From Myxococcaceae bacterium (lineage in GTDB: Bacteria > Myxococcota > UBA727 > JABDBI01), in contig JAECQY010000003.1 in assembly GCA_016000045.1 (NCBI GenBank), forward strand, positions 77,893-141,892: 64,000 nucleotides of DNA. Reading direction: 5' to 3'. The notes beneath the pieces were generated by a model that worked only from the letters and a program-made list of their open reading frames with translations, was not told the DNA's origin and searched no databases. Position 1 is the first letter of the stretch. Each line of letters starts with the position of its first letter. This document shows, one piece after another, positions 54,690-64,000 of the stretch. Both the position numbers and the translations under genes were made by a program.

Positions 54690-55482
54690 ACTGCTCCTTT
54701 CTCCGCACGAGCGAGAGTCTTGCCGCTTTAAATTCTACGGACTCGCAGCGGGACAATATGAACACGTTATCCTTCCGACAGATCCAGGACAGCCATTTCC
54801 CATCTATCTGCGACTTGTTTTAGAAAATCGAAATATCCTCCGAGTAGAGAGTGAAATAGGTTGGTCCCATCAAGGCATTGAAAAGCTGCTTGAATATCTG
54901 GAACCAGAAGCAGCTTGCGTTGAAATTCGTCGTGTTAACTTTCTCTGTCCTCATCACTGCGAAAATGCCTATCGCTTGGCAAGCGGAATGCCTGCTTTGA
55001 ATCCATCCATCTTGGCAGAAGAAGCCAAACAGTATCATCTCTTTTTTGTTCGCCGCATCTTAGGGCTTCTGCAAGAACAATCTTTGTTGCGTCTGTCTTA
55101 TCAAAACCTCAATCAATTTCTGAAGAAGTTCAAATCCTGTCAACGCGTTCAAAACGCCTTGATGGGAAAAGGGTCGATTCTGAAGGCAGAAGCTCTTTCT
55201 TACGGGCTCACAGGACCTTCGCTCGAGGCGTGTGAAGCTTCTCATTGTGGCGACGCTTGGTCTCGGGTTTTGATCAAATTAGCTGAAATAGAAAACCCCA
55301 ATCCTAATCGAGCACCTGAAGGTCTGTTTCAAGTCAACATTCTTGGCGGTCGCGTGCGGGTTCGAACGCCTTCCTTTTTTCATGCAGCAGCCTTGGAAAC
55401 CATCCTGGTTGGATCTCGCGTGAACGACATCCCAATCATCCTCGCCTCATTGGGCATGGTAGGCACTGAAATGGATCGCTAA
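54679..55482 (+). CDS. Shortened NuoD-like (49-kDa subunit / NiFe-hydrogenase large-subunit fold) protein
   Basis: The N-terminal part IYLRLVLENRNILRVESEIGWSHQGIEKLLE resembles LRLxLxLDGExVxxxxPHIGxLHRGxEKLxE. The C-terminus VRTPSFFHAAALETILVGSRVNDIPIILASLGMVGTEMDR resembles the NuoD end (IRAPGFAHL...DIVFGEIDR). It is only 267 aa, so the middle of the fold is missing. Confidence 0.6.
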   Translation: MQDELLLSPHERESCRFKFYGLAAGQYEHVILPTDPGQPFPIYLRLVLENRNILRVESEIGWSHQGIEKLLEYLEPEAACVEIRRVNFLCPHHCENAYRLASGMPALNPSILAEEAKQYHLFFVRRILGLLQEQSLLRLSYQNLNQFLKKFKSCQRVQNALMGKGSILKAEALSYGLTGPSLEACEASHCGDAWSRVLIKLAEIENPNPNRAPEGLFQVNILGGRVRVRTPSFFHAAALETILVGSRVNDIPIILASLGMVGTEMDR

Positions 55483-55501
55483 ACCTTTGTCGTTGCTGCG
55501 A

Positions 55502-57895
55502 TTACGAATGCGCAGCAGCCCAGTTTGTTGCAATTCCACTTTGAACCTTCATGGGAACTTTGAGTTGAACCGCTCCTTCCATGATCTTGGCAACCTCAAA
55601 CACCACTTCTTGCGCGATCGGCTCTGGCACTTCCAACACCAGCTCGTCATGCACCTGAAGCAATATCTTGACTTGAGGGAACTTCGCCTCGAGATATCGG
55701 TCCACATCCAGCATCGCTTTTTTCACAATATCAGCAGCGCTACCTTGAATCGGTGTGTTGATGGCAATGCGCTCGGCCCGAGCGGCAAGCATGCGATTTT
55801 CGGAATTTAAATCCTGAACAAAGCGCCTTCGACCTAAAAGCGTTTTCACCAACCCCTCGCGCTTGGCTTGCTCTAGAAGTTTGTGATGCCATAAATAGAT
55901 GCCTGAGTACCGCTCTTGGTATTTTTTCAAATAGATTGTGGCATCTGCTCGGGATAAATTCAGAGTCTCACTCAGCTTATAGGCACCCATTCCATACAAA
56001 AGCCCAAAATTGATCGTCTTAGCGATTCGTCGCTGCTCTGAGCTGACATGCTCCAGTTTAAGATCAAAAATTTCGCTCGCGGTTCGAACGTGCACATCTT
56101 GATCTTGAGCAAACGATTCCAATAAAACCGGATCTTCTGTAACGTGGGCAAGAACTCTGAGCTCGATCTGAGAATAATCCAACGAGGCCAATCGAAAGCC
56201 TGGAGAAGCTATAAACGCTTCTCGAATTCGTTTGCCCTCCTGCGTTCGAATCGGAATATTTTGCAAGTTGGGGTCGCTGGAACTTAAGCGTCCTGTAGCA
56301 GCTACAGCCTGGTTAAATACAGTATGGATACGTCCCGTTGTTGGGTCCGCCAAACGAGGAAGAGCGTCAATATAAGTCCCTTTAAGCTTTGAAAGCATGC
56401 GGTGCTCAAGCAATAATTTGGGCAAAGGATACTGCTGAGCCAGCTCTTCCAAGACATCCGCGTCTGTTGATTGGCTGGTCTTGGTCTTGCGCAAAGACTG
56501 GTATTGAAGCCGGTTAAACAAAACATCAGCCACTTGTTTGGGGCTTCCCAGATTGAAAGAAAGGCCCGCCAAGCGGTGCGCTTCATCCTCAAGATTTCGG
56601 AGTCTAGCACCGAATTGTTGGCTCATCTCTTGAAGTAAATGAAAATCAAGTTTAATCCCGTTTGCCTCAATCTTGGCGAGGAGATTCTCCAATGGAATCT
56701 CAAGGGTGTCATAAAGCTCCCAGAGCCCTTCTTGCTGAAGTTGTGCCTCTAAAATTTGAGTCAATTTCAGAACGCCGATCGCTTTTTCTTGAGCGCTATC
56801 TGGAATTCGGCCAAGGTGATTCTCAAATAGTGCATCCAGTTCGTGCTTTGCATCCGGATTCAAAAGATACGAAGCAATCATCGGATCTCCAGAAATCTGT
56901 CCGCATTTCAAGCTTCGCTTGGCATCGTAAGCCACCAGTCCAAGATTTTCAGAGGATTCCGAGCTTCGCACTCCTTCAAATACCCCCAATCGAGAAGCAT
57001 CCAGCTTCATTTCAGGCTCTTGTTTCTGAACCGATCGAGCACTTTTTTTGAAATCGAGTTCTTCGAATAAATTTTCCAGAACCTCCCAATGCGGATCTCG
57101 GCTTTGCATATCCTCTAAGCAAAAGTCCAAATCCACGGCACAATCAATCGTCACCAGTTGTTTGCTTAAACGAGCCATATCGCTGTCTCTCATCAATTTT
57201 TCACGCCTTGATTTCTGAGTCATCAAAGGTGCGTAGTTTAAAATCGATTCAAGCCGGCCATGCTCTCGAACCAGTTCAGCCGCCGTTTTTTCACCAATGC
57301 CTCGGACCCCAGGCACGTGATCCGATGCATCTCCAGCAAGCGCCAAAACATCGATCACCTGATGCGGAGGCACTCCAAATTTTTCAATTACTTGAGGAGC
57401 TCGAATAAATTGCTCGGATCCAGTCCTCAAAGCACGAAGTTCATCCAGCAAACAAACCCGATCGTCCACCAACTGCATCATATCTTTGTCGCCCGTTACA
57501 ATCACAACTGGGTGACCGGCTTCCAAAGAGCGCTTGGTCAATGTTCCGATTAAATCATCCGCTTCAAAACCTGGTTTGCGATACTGCTTAATCGCAAAAG
57601 CATCCACCAAGCGTTGAATGAGGGCAAACTGCGGGACCAAATCGGGAGGCACGGGCGGGCGATTCGCCTTGTAGTCCGCGTAAAGCTCGTGACGAAAATT
57701 CTTTCCCCCGGGGTCAAAAGCAATGGCCAGATATTTCGGCCGATGCTCTTTCAAAAGCTTTTGCAACAGAGTCATAAAGCCATAGACCGCATTGGTTGGA
57801 ACGCCTCGTTTCGAAGTCAGAGGCCGAATCGCGTAATAGGCTCGAAAAATATAGCCTGAGCCGTCAATGATATAGACCGGTTCTTTCATTGTCAT
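55502..57895 (-). CDS. polA: DNA polymerase I
   Basis: Has the 5-prime nuclease domain (IIDGSGYIFRAYYA) and polymerase motifs DYSQIELR, RRxAKTINFGLLYG and QVHDEL. The central region is short and I could not see an Exo I DxE motif. Confidence 0.95.
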   Translation of the reverse strand: MTMKEPVYIIDGSGYIFRAYYAIRPLTSKRGVPTNAVYGFMTLLQKLLKEHRPKYLAIAFDPGGKNFRHELYADYKANRPPVPPDLVPQFALIQRLVDAFAIKQYRKPGFEADDLIGTLTKRSLEAGHPVVIVTGDKDMMQLVDDRVCLLDELRALRTGSEQFIRAPQVIEKFGVPPHQVIDVLALAGDASDHVPGVRGIGEKTAAELVREHGRLESILNYAPLMTQKSRREKLMRDSDMARLSKQLVTIDCAVDLDFCLEDMQSRDPHWEVLENLFEELDFKKSARSVQKQEPEMKLDASRLGVFEGVRSSESSENLGLVAYDAKRSLKCGQISGDPMIASYLLNPDAKHELDALFENHLGRIPDSAQEKAIGVLKLTQILEAQLQQEGLWELYDTLEIPLENLLAKIEANGIKLDFHLLQEMSQQFGARLRNLEDEAHRLAGLSFNLGSPKQVADVLFNRLQYQSLRKTKTSQSTDADVLEELAQQYPLPKLLLEHRMLSKLKGTYIDALPRLADPTTGRIHTVFNQAVAATGRLSSSDPNLQNIPIRTQEGKRIREAFIASPGFRLASLDYSQIELRVLAHVTEDPVLLESFAQDQDVHVRTASEIFDLKLEHVSSEQRRIAKTINFGLLYGMGAYKLSETLNLSRADATIYLKKYQERYSGIYLWHHKLLEQAKREGLVKTLLGRRRFVQDLNSENRMLAARAERIAINTPIQGSAADIVKKAMLDVDRYLEAKFPQVKILLQVHDELVLEVPEPIAQEVVFEVAKIMEGAVQLKVPMKVQSGIATNWAAAHS

Positions 57896-57921
57896 GGTTT
57901 CAAGGTCTAGCTTTTATTCGA

Positions 57922-58731
57922 TCAGCGGTCTAGCTGTTGACTAAACCAGCCTCCCGTAAAGCCATCCAATTCAGCCGTCAATTCCTCCGTTTTAATTTGA
58001 GCTTCCATTTTGCTTGATGCATCTGAAAATCCATTCAGCTTGATTTGAAGCTGCAATCTTCGTCGATCAAAGTAAGTTTCGTTAACTTTGCGTAAGATTC
58101 GCTCTCGCATCAAGGACTGACGTGAAAATTCATGTCCCACAGAAAGCTCCTCACGATTAAAAACCAAATGATTCAAATGCCATTCAAACCGCACCTGAAA
58201 ACGCCACTCGTGTCCTTGACGAGCACTCAGTTCGTCGAGATCTCCGGGTCTATCGCGACTAGAAACCCAACGCCCAAAATGAGGAGAAAACCCTGTTTCA
58301 AGGCGGGGTAACCAATGAGCTTTGCGAGCCCTGGAAATCCAGTTGCGAAGCTGCTGCGGATGCGCATTTGCATAACGCAAGGCTTCTTCTTGGACTTTTT
58401 GAATCGAAGGTTCTGCTGAATGTTCTTTGAACAACTCATGAAGTTCTGAATCTGCCATCGAGTCATTTTTTTGGATCGCTTGACGAGCTTTGGAAAAACG
58501 CCCTACCGTGATTTGGGTTTTAATTTTCTCGAAAAGCTTGGCTTTCATACCTGGAATCAACATCAAGTCTTCAAGGCGGCTGAAACCTCCCTTTTCATGC
58601 CGGTGTTCCAGCATTCGTTCAGCCATTTTTTGACCGATGCCTTCAACCGTCATCAATTGCTTTACAGAGGCTTGATTTAAATCAATCAGTTGAAAAGAAA
58701 GTAAAACTCCAAGTAAGAACACTCTTGGCAA
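57922..58731 (-). CDS. ComEA-like helix-hairpin-helix protein with extra C-terminal domain
   Basis: N-terminal signal/anchor, then IDLNQASVKQLMTVEGIGQKMAERMLEHR...GGFSRLEDLMLIPGM (HhH pair), followed by ~170 aa of unknown fold. Confidence 0.65.
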   Translation of the reverse strand: MPRVFLLGVLLSFQLIDLNQASVKQLMTVEGIGQKMAERMLEHRHEKGGFSRLEDLMLIPGMKAKLFEKIKTQITVGRFSKARQAIQKNDSMADSELHELFKEHSAEPSIQKVQEEALRYANAHPQQLRNWISRARKAHWLPRLETGFSPHFGRWVSSRDRPGDLDELSARQGHEWRFQVRFEWHLNHLVFNREELSVGHEFSRQSLMRERILRKVNETYFDRRRLQLQIKLNGFSDASSKMEAQIKTEELTAELDGFTGGWFSQQLDR

Positions 58732-58736
58732 ATCAT

Positions 58737-60035
58737 CTAGAAACCCATTCTATTTCGATTTCGAAAAAACCAGATCGGCAGCCCCGTCAAAATGAAGAGC
58801 GTAGAAAGCAAAAGGGTTTTCCAACCTACCTGAGAAAGAGCTAAAACGCAGAACAGAACCGCTATCGTTCCCAATGCATATTCGAAAATAGAAGATTCTT
58901 TTCTAATTTTCAAAAGTCTTATAAAAGCAAAACAGGAAATCAAATAAACATATAAAAATGCCACAACTGAAAAATCAATAATCTGAGCTAGCTGCTCCGA
59001 TACGCTTGAATGCGTCGTGCCGTATAATAGAGGCAGGATGCCTGCTGCGCTGATCAGGAGTGACCAATAGGGAGCGCCGTTTCGATTGGTCTTTCCAAAT
59101 ATTTTAGGCAACAGTTGATCATGAGCGAGGCCCAAAGCAATTTGGCTGCTTGCTAGCGTCCAGGCATTGAGAGTTCCAAGGCAAAGAATGGATGCAATCA
59201 AAGACACCATCAAATACCAACTGCCTCCCAGCAAGCTTTGCGCCATGTCCGCATAAGGCGCTTTGGAATGCTCTAGAGCACTGGCAGGAACCGCACCCAA
59301 CACGCCTAGGCTGTTAAAGAGATAAAGAATCGCAACGGAAAGTGTTCCGAACACCACTGCTTTCGGAATTGTCTTCGTTGGATTCTCAACGGATTCGGCA
59401 GCAATCGTTCCTGATTCGAGCCCAATAAAACCCCACAAGGTTAAAAGAAGCACGCGGCTCACAATAGAGGTGCCGGACATTTCAGCGACTGCAGCAGAAA
59501 TTTGAATGTTTTGAGGATTGAAATAAAAAATTCCGATACAAGGCAAAATGACCAATGGAATGAATTTCAGCAAGGTGAATATCTTTTCCATGCTGCCGGC
59601 GGCATGCACCCCTTTCCAATTCAAAGCCGCCACGCAAAACAACAAGATAGCTTCTACCCCTAGCATCTGGGTAGGGCTAAAGGGTCCAAACAAGGGGCTC
59701 AAATAGCCTGCTGATGCAACCACCACCGCTGTGGTGCTCACCCAAGAAACGACCCAATAAGTCCAGCCCGTAAAAAATGCAGCATCTTTGCCAAAAGCTT
59801 GATGAATGTAGACATGCGGACCACCCGTTTTAGGAAACCAAGTACACATCTTCGAAAATACAAGCGCCAAAGCCAAAGCTCCAATCGCCGAAAACCCCCA
59901 ACCCAAGAGGCTATACCACCCAAAGGGGGCCAAGTTCGCCGGCAACATGAGAACCCCTGAACCGATCTGGCTGCCGGTGACCAAAGCAAAAAGAGCCCAA
60001 AATCCTATTTTCATGCTCGGGGGCTTATAAGCCAT
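58737..60035 (-). CDS. APC-superfamily amino acid permease
   Basis: A 432-aa protein with about 12 TM helices and an N-terminal GSGVLMLP-type motif. Confidence 0.8.
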   Translation of the reverse strand: MAYKPPSMKIGFWALFALVTGSQIGSGVLMLPANLAPFGWYSLLGWGFSAIGALALALVFSKMCTWFPKTGGPHVYIHQAFGKDAAFFTGWTYWVVSWVSTTAVVVASAGYLSPLFGPFSPTQMLGVEAILLFCVAALNWKGVHAAGSMEKIFTLLKFIPLVILPCIGIFYFNPQNIQISAAVAEMSGTSIVSRVLLLTLWGFIGLESGTIAAESVENPTKTIPKAVVFGTLSVAILYLFNSLGVLGAVPASALEHSKAPYADMAQSLLGGSWYLMVSLIASILCLGTLNAWTLASSQIALGLAHDQLLPKIFGKTNRNGAPYWSLLISAAGILPLLYGTTHSSVSEQLAQIIDFSVVAFLYVYLISCFAFIRLLKIRKESSIFEYALGTIAVLFCVLALSQVGWKTLLLSTLFILTGLPIWFFRNRNRMGF

Positions 60036-60070
60036 ATTTTTCGGAACTCCAAGGTATTAAGCCTGATCTG

Positions 60071-61150
60071 CAGCCATTCTCGCGAACTTAGAAAAAGGGC
60101 AAGGGATGCAAGAGGAATCGGTTATTTCAACAGATTGTGTCACACCCTCAGCTACTGTTGTAGCGATGCTCCGGTAAGATTTTCAAATACAGACCTAAAG
60201 CTTTCCAGCATAAAAAACTTAAAAATAGCCCGCAGGTTTTCGCAGACTCTTTCGCTCGTTGAAAGCTTTTATCCGATAGCTTTGAAAGCTGATCAATCAG
60301 AAACGCCACAGCATCAACAAACCCAGATTGCTGCACAGATTCTGATGCCCGTACCCACCATTGTGCCCCACCTCATAGCCTTGGTTCTTCAGCGTGTTAA
60401 ACGTTTCGTTTTCAATCCGCCAACACGCTCGGCCCCTCGCATCACCGTTTCGAGCGTCGATTCCGATTAAAGGAAGATCCGTGATCCAAGCAAAATGCTG
60501 CTTTTTGCCTTGGGCGTTGATTCTATCGTATTCCAAAAAATTCATTTTTTTCTCGAAAAAAAGTGCCGTTTAAAGGCACTTGATTCAGGAAGCGATAACG
60601 TTGGGTGAGGCAACGAATCAACTCTGTGAGCGAGGAGGAATCAATCCTGTCGTAAAGCAGGCATAGATTCCCAGGCTTGGCGGTAATGATAAATTTCAAA
60701 TCCAATTCTTGAAGCAGTTCCAGATGCTTGCCGGCCGCGTACAGACCATCTTCCGTCACCACTCTCTTTAAGCGCGGGTGTTCTCTCTCAAAAGTCGCTC
60801 CGCCCCTCGTTGTCGCAATCGTTTTTGGTGAAGATTTCAGACTTCTGAACTGCCTCCGGAGCCAAGGGAATAACTTACTTTTGATGAGGGTGAACTAAAA
60901 CATCAGACAATACATGGTGGTAATAGATCTTTTGACCACTCTCAAGCTGCTTGACACAGCAATCATCGCAGAAAACTTTGAAGGAGGTATGATGTCCACT
61001 GCCGTCCACGGAGAGAAGATAGTGCTGGTTCCAGAAGGGTAAGATCCCACTATCTTGGCACGCTATGCAAAAGCGAAGAGGATTTTGAAGATGCCTCGAA
61101 GGCTTCTGGGCAAGAGCTGCTTTCGGCCTGAACTAGAAAGCGATTTCATC
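60071..61150 (-). pseudogene. Decayed DDE transposase element, copy A (IS4-superfamily / ISNCY-like)
   Basis: Minus-strand fragments in several frames: VDGSGHHTSFKVFCDDCC..YYHHVL..VHPHQK, VTEDGLYAAGKHLELLQELDLKFIITAKPGN and ARGRACWRIENETFNTLKNQGYEVGHNGGYGHQNL. Boundaries are approximate. Confidence 0.7.
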
Positions 61151-61549
61151 CCTTGAGTGGATCACGTTTTGATTTTCCTGACAATAAGCTCCAAAATTTA
61201 CGAAAGTAATTTAGAACCCCATTCATGAAAGCGCGTCTAAACACTATAATTTATTTTGGCGGAAATCGCTGGATTAAAACCCCTAATAAAGCCCAGCGAA
61301 TAGGCCCGCGCAGGAAAAATCACCCACCACCTGGAAGCTAGTCCTTGGCAACCAAACTTAGGCAGGAAACAAATAGTGCTGCATAACTGCGGATCTGATG
61401 GGGATTAAAAAAAATTTATTGACACTTTTGAAGGTGATACTCCCCCTCTCCCCCCAAACAGATGAAGAACAAATCGCCTGCCCGACATCCATCGAGCCAA
61501 ACTCCCTAAGAGAGGTATCCAGTTTTTGGATATATACCTCAAGATGACA

Positions 61550-62026
61550 TCACGGCTGTCCAGGTCGAATCAAATCAGGATGGTTCTCGTCCAGGATCTC
61601 ACCGCTTGGTAATCTATCCCCCAAACGAATACAAGGCTGGCTAGGTAAGTAACCACACGCTGTCCCTTCGGGACAGCACCCTGGACCGCTAGGAGCACAG
61701 CATCGATTTGCCTTGGCACAACAGCTAGGAGCACCAGTAAAAGAGCAGCAATTTTGTGTTTTTTCGCAACAATAAGGGCCGTAATCACTCATGCAAGAAG
61801 TTTTATTGCTTTTTGGAAGACAAACACCGCTGGCACAGCACACAGTAGCATTGTTTACACAACATGCAGTACCGCATAATGATTGGCCTCCTGAACACTT
61901 TAAAGTGACACTTTCATTACTTTCAGAAGTGGTATTTTGGTCCTTCTCATAAGCTTCCGCTAACAACACACTAGGGGAAAGTATCAATAAACCGAAAAAA
62001 CTGATTACCATCAATATGTTTTTCAT
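61550..62026 (-). CDS. Small secreted cysteine-rich protein
   Basis: The ATG at 62026 is preceded by AAGGAG at a 7-nt spacing. The protein has a signal peptide (MKNILMVISFFGLLILSPSVLLAEA). About 20 Cys occur in ~95 residues, mostly as CC doublets. I recognise no family. Confidence 0.7.
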   Translation of the reverse strand: MKNILMVISFFGLLILSPSVLLAEAYEKDQNTTSESNESVTLKCSGGQSLCGTACCVNNATVCCASGVCLPKSNKTSCMSDYGPYCCEKTQNCCSFTGAPSCCAKANRCCAPSGPGCCPEGTACGYLPSQPCIRLGDRLPSGEILDENHPDLIRPGQP

Positions 62027-62092
62027 TCGTGAACTCCTTGCCATCGTGCTACGGAGACCATTTAGCAGTGTCAATACCGTGTCTGGGTCCAA

Positions 62093-63058
62093 CAGCCATT
62101 CCCGCGAACGTGGAAAAATAGCAAGGGATGCAAAAGCAATCGCTTATCTTTGAGAAAAATACTTCATTTTGACTGATTCAAGCTACGAGAAAATAAACCG
62201 GCCCCTAGATCCTCAAAAAAGGAAATTAGCAGTGAGAACAGATTGTGCCACACCCTCAGCCGCTGTTGTACCGATGCTTCGGTAGGATTTTCAAATACAA
62301 ACCTTCAAAGTTCTCCAATATAAAAAGCTTAAAAACAGCCCGAACCTCTACTCATAAAACTCGATAGCTCTTCGCAGACGCTTTCGCTCGTTGAAAGCTT
62401 TAATCCGATAGCCCGAAAGCTGATCAAGCAGAAACGCCAGCAGCATCAATAAACCCAAATTGCTGCACAGATTCTGATGCCCGTGCCCGTAATTATGCCC
62501 CATCTCATAGCCTTGATTCTTCAGCGTGTTAAACGTTTCGTTTTCAATCCGCCAACGCGCTCGGCCACATCGCATCACCGTTTCGAGGATCGATTCCGAT
62601 TAAAGGAAGATCTGTGATCCAAGCAAAATGCTGCTTTTTGCCTTAGGCGTTGATTTCATCGTATTCCAAAAAATTTACTTTTTTCTCGAAGAAAGTATCG
62701 TTTAATGGCACTTGATTCAGGAAGTGATAACGCTAGGTGAGGCAACGAACCAACTCTGTGAGCGAGAAGGAATCGATTCAGTCGTAAAGCAAGCGTAGAT
62801 TCTCAGGCTTGTCGGTAATGATAAATTTTAAATCCAATTCTTGAAGCAGTTCCAGATGCTTGCCGGCCGCGTACAGACCCATCTTCCGTCACCGCTGTCT
62901 TTAAGTGCGGATGTTCTCGTCTAAAATCTCTCAAAAGTCGCTCTGCCGCTCGTTGTTCGCAATCGTTTTTGGTCAAGACTTCACCTCCGGAGCCAAGGGA
63001 ATGACTTACTTTTGATGAGGATGAACTAAAACACCACAGAATACATGGTGATAGTAGG
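62093..63058 (-). pseudogene. Decayed DDE transposase element, copy B (5-prime truncated)
   Basis: A direct repeat of copy A with many point differences, small indels and an extra ~86 bp (62148-62233). It retains ARWRIENETFNTLKNQGYEMGHNYGHGHQNL. Homology to copy A stops near 63058, where the membrane-protein gene sequence begins. Confidence 0.7.
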
Positions 63059-64000
63059 GGATTATTTTGGCCGATGCTAACCAAATTTGATTCAGGCTAT
63101 CGGGATCCAGCGTTTGACGAACTGCTCCAATCAACGCGGCGACAGCTTCTAAACTCGCTACTGTAAGCGAGAAAAATCGATCGAAGCGCTCTTCTTGAGG
63201 CTGCAACCCGAGAACTGCTCCTGCAAATCCACCGTAAACCGCAAAGGTGCTCCATCCAAGTTTTTGGCAGGATACAAAGGGCTCTTGTTGAATCGCGGCT
63301 AAGGCACCTGCGGAAAAACTCATCAAACATTCTGCAGCCAAGAACGGGTAGCGATTGGCTTTAACGTCTTCAAATAGCACGCCGTATTGAGCCAAAAAAG
63401 TTGAATCACCGTTTCTTCGATGCAGATGAATGGCCCTTGGAATCTGGCCCCGATGGCTCCACAGCCAGTAGCTCATGCCAATCACCCCAGCGAGATTGGT
63501 TGCGATGGATAAGCTTCCAAAGATCTTTTCGATGGTATTTCCTTGCCTGGCCATCACCGTTGATGCTTGAGTCGTCGGCGACATAAAATACAGAAACGGC
63601 AACACAGCAAAACCCGGAAATCGTGTTTTTCGAACTCCAAATTTTTTCGACAAACCCCAATGGACGATTTCAATCCCCCCAATGACCAACCAATTCCCAA
63701 AAACCGCGCCATTGGTATAGTGCAGATCGGTGCTCCCCAAGGAGATCTGCGTAGGACTATCTAACCAACTCAAGGGCTCAACCTGAAACTCGTCTTCGAA
63801 GTCACAAGAGAGAATGGCCACGAGCGCGCCCACACGCGCTCCCTGGCTCACGGTGGTAGGAGAGACTGTTGCGATATTGGCAACGCTCGCGATTTTACTT
63901 CCGAGGACAGCCGTCTCAATCACCTCTGGCGGTAAAATCTCCGGAATCAGAGGCTCTTGCATGCTAAGATTCAAATAAAGTCTTGGAGATTCCCAATTGC
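63059..64000 (-). pseudogene. Polytopic membrane protein family member 2, 3-prime truncated by IS copy B; 5-prime end beyond the window
   Basis: Paralogous to 10634-12067 over the N-terminal two thirds. The frame is open to the window edge. The ORF tail (IIPYYHHVFCGVLVHPHQK) is translated IS sequence. Confidence 0.7.

Overview
This 64-kb window looks like chromosomal DNA from a Gram-negative bacterium. The Tol proteins, cytochrome bd, menaquinone genes and a dprA-topA pair support that, but I cannot place the lineage from sequence alone. Most of the window is a densely packed housekeeping backbone:
- cell division and replication: zapA, ftsK, topA, dprA, polA, xseAB
- translation and cofactors: typA, rpsT, coaD, folC
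- haem and thiamine: hemA, hemL, thiM, thiE, thiD, tenA
- respiration and quinones: cydAB, ubiE, menF
- envelope: tolR, a tolA-like gene, tolB

Four accessory patches interrupt this backbone.
1. 2.8-12.1 kb holds three paralogous secreted proteins built from DUF1566/Lcl-C-terminal-like (C-type-lectin-like) modules, an embedded AAA-ATPase/PD-(D/E)XK gene, and a translationally coupled polytopic membrane protein.
2. 24.3-29.7 kb is a graveyard of decayed insertion sequences (two IS481-like, one IS256-like, one IS982-like) surrounding one intact secreted LRAT/NlpC-P60-like protein.
3. 44.6-46.2 kb is an AbiEi/AbiEii toxin-antitoxin pair.
4. 60.1-64.0 kb holds two decayed direct copies of a DDE transposase bracketing a very cysteine-rich secreted protein. 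The upstream copy truncates a second copy of the membrane protein from patch 1.

The most interesting signal is in patch 1. The last ~37 codons of each of the four 'module B' lectin-like domains are hypervariable while both flanks are near-identical. The variation falls in codon positions 1-2 with a fixed pyrimidine at position 3. Almost no coding-strand adenine is invariant across the four copies. This is the pattern left by diversity-generating retroelement (DGR) adenine mutagenesis of AAY codons. No reverse transcriptase or template repeat is visible in this window, so the call is unproven.

I found no rRNA, tRNA or CRISPR array.
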